A stretch of 48,370 bases of DNA, filler included, from Catajapyx aquilonaris (lineage: Eukaryota), in assembly GCA_000934665.2 (NCBI GenBank). It is 2 parts of 2 records of this genome, joined end to end, with 100 filler letters (N's around TTAATTAATTAA, not from the genome) between each part and the next. Parts side by side here need not be neighbours in the genome. Positions count along the whole stretch, not along the records: positions 29,417 to 48,370 come from JYFJ02006569.1; 1 more part is not named here. The stretch is one strand, 5' to 3'. The position numbers were made by a program, and so were the translations under genes. The notes under the pieces are model-generated. The model made no database searches. It was not told the DNA's origin and saw only the letters and a list, made by a program, of their open reading frames with translations. Below are positions 47,274-48,370 of the stretch, in pieces. Positions within the stretch are counted from its first letter, which is position 1. Each line of letters starts with the position of its first letter.

Positions 47274-48022
47274 CGAGGGCGAATCAGAAAGTAATTTAAA
47301 ACTTTTTAAATTCAGCATAAGTTACACTAGAGAAACTGAAACTGAGATATACATATTATGAAAGGGCAGGTAGTCCTCTAATTTTAGACATAGTCACCAT
47401 ACACTTTGGTGCATTTGTTCCAGTGGGACACTAGTTTTTCCATACCCCTACAGAAAAGAGTGTCAGGCTGGGTGGGAAGCCAGTGGGGGATGTCCTCTTT
47501 CACTTCCTCGATGTCCCTGGAGTTCTGACCTGCCAGGTTCTTCTTCATTTGTCCAAGGAGATGGTAGATCATGGTTAAAACCATCTCTTTGGACCCAAAA
47601 AGAAGCACCTGGCAGGTCAGAACTTCAGCGTGGGTGGGAAGCCAGTGGGGGATGGCCTCTTTCACTTCCTCGATGTCGCTGAGGTCTTGAGAAGCTAGTG
47701 CTTCTTTTTTCGTCCAAAGAGATGGTTTTAACCATGGTCTACCATTTCTTTGGACAAATGAAGAAGCACGTGGCAGGTCAGAACTTCAGCACATCAAGGA
47801 AGTGAAAAAGGTCATCCCCCACTGACTTCCCACCCAGCCTGACGCTTTTTTCTTCAGGGGTATGGAAAAACTACAGTGTCTCACTGGACAAGTGCACCAA
47901 AGTGTATGGTGACTATGTCTCAAATTAGAGGAAGACTTGTCCTTTCATATGTATATCTCAGTTTCAGTTTCTCTATAGTGAAACTTCTGAATTAAAAGTC
48001 TTCAATTACTTTCTGATTCGCG
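47274..48022. mobile_element. Palindromic (3'-3') mariner derivative with internal rearrangement
   Basis: TA flanks and TIR CGAGGGCGAATCAGAAAGTAATT. The transposase C-terminus (EEVKEDIPHWL...GMEKLVSHWNKCTKVYGDYV) is present on both strands. Confidence 0.9.
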
Positions 48023-48370
48023 TATGGGCAATTCCACGTGAACGTGGTCACCTTTTTCACGAAAAAATTTGCCCGTCAATGAGTGTGAGATATGTTTGAG
48101 TCCATGTCAAGTTATGACCTTTCCCACAAGGATTTGGTCCGTCGATGCGTGGTTGCCTATCTACAGGCGCTAATTGCACTTGGATCACGGTTAGAGGCGC
48201 CCCCCTATTACATTTACATGACAACGTAAATGCATGATGTAATACATGTTTCATATGTGAAATTGTCTCCTCGTTCCGACACAAATAGTCACTTTCCGAT
48301 AGCTGTGCAAATTCATGTCAAAATGCGACATTTTTGCAAACAAATGACATTTTCAAAAAGAGAGCCAAAG

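Overview
Eukaryotic (arthropod-like, probably pancrustacean) genomic DNA, very rich in transposons, and split by an artificial 100-bp linker (N44-TTAATTAATTAA-N44, 29317-29416). Four spliced + strand genes can be reconstructed by eye. (1) The last two coding exons of a CG7630/prag01-type cytochrome c oxidase subunit 7B-like gene (2079-2248, 15202-15264), separated by a 13-kb TE-filled intron and followed by a ~1-kb tandem array. (2) Two exons of an SRSF3/7-like RRM protein gene (22525-22651, 28407-28560), cut off at the gap. (3) A complete 10-exon DEG/ENaC (pickpocket-family) channel gene (37390-41516) with a 4-nt frameshifting insertion in exon 3. (4) The first three exons of its tandem paralogue (44433-46219). 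The rest is non-autonomous DNA transposons (mariner/Tc1, piggyBac-like, Kolobok-like, hAT, Harbinger-like, foldbacks), LINE fragments, a solo LTR and tRNA-derived SINEs. I see no intact transposase or RT, and no clearly new enzymatic system. The most interesting signals are: a SINE family whose copies carry different 3' tails with the same covarying stem-loop; a CCTCCTGAGACC-ended MITE family with ATAT/ATAG target duplications; palindromic 3'-3' mariner derivatives; a nested insertion of four elements; and the apparent disabling of one ppk paralogue. All family assignments come from motif recognition, not database searches.
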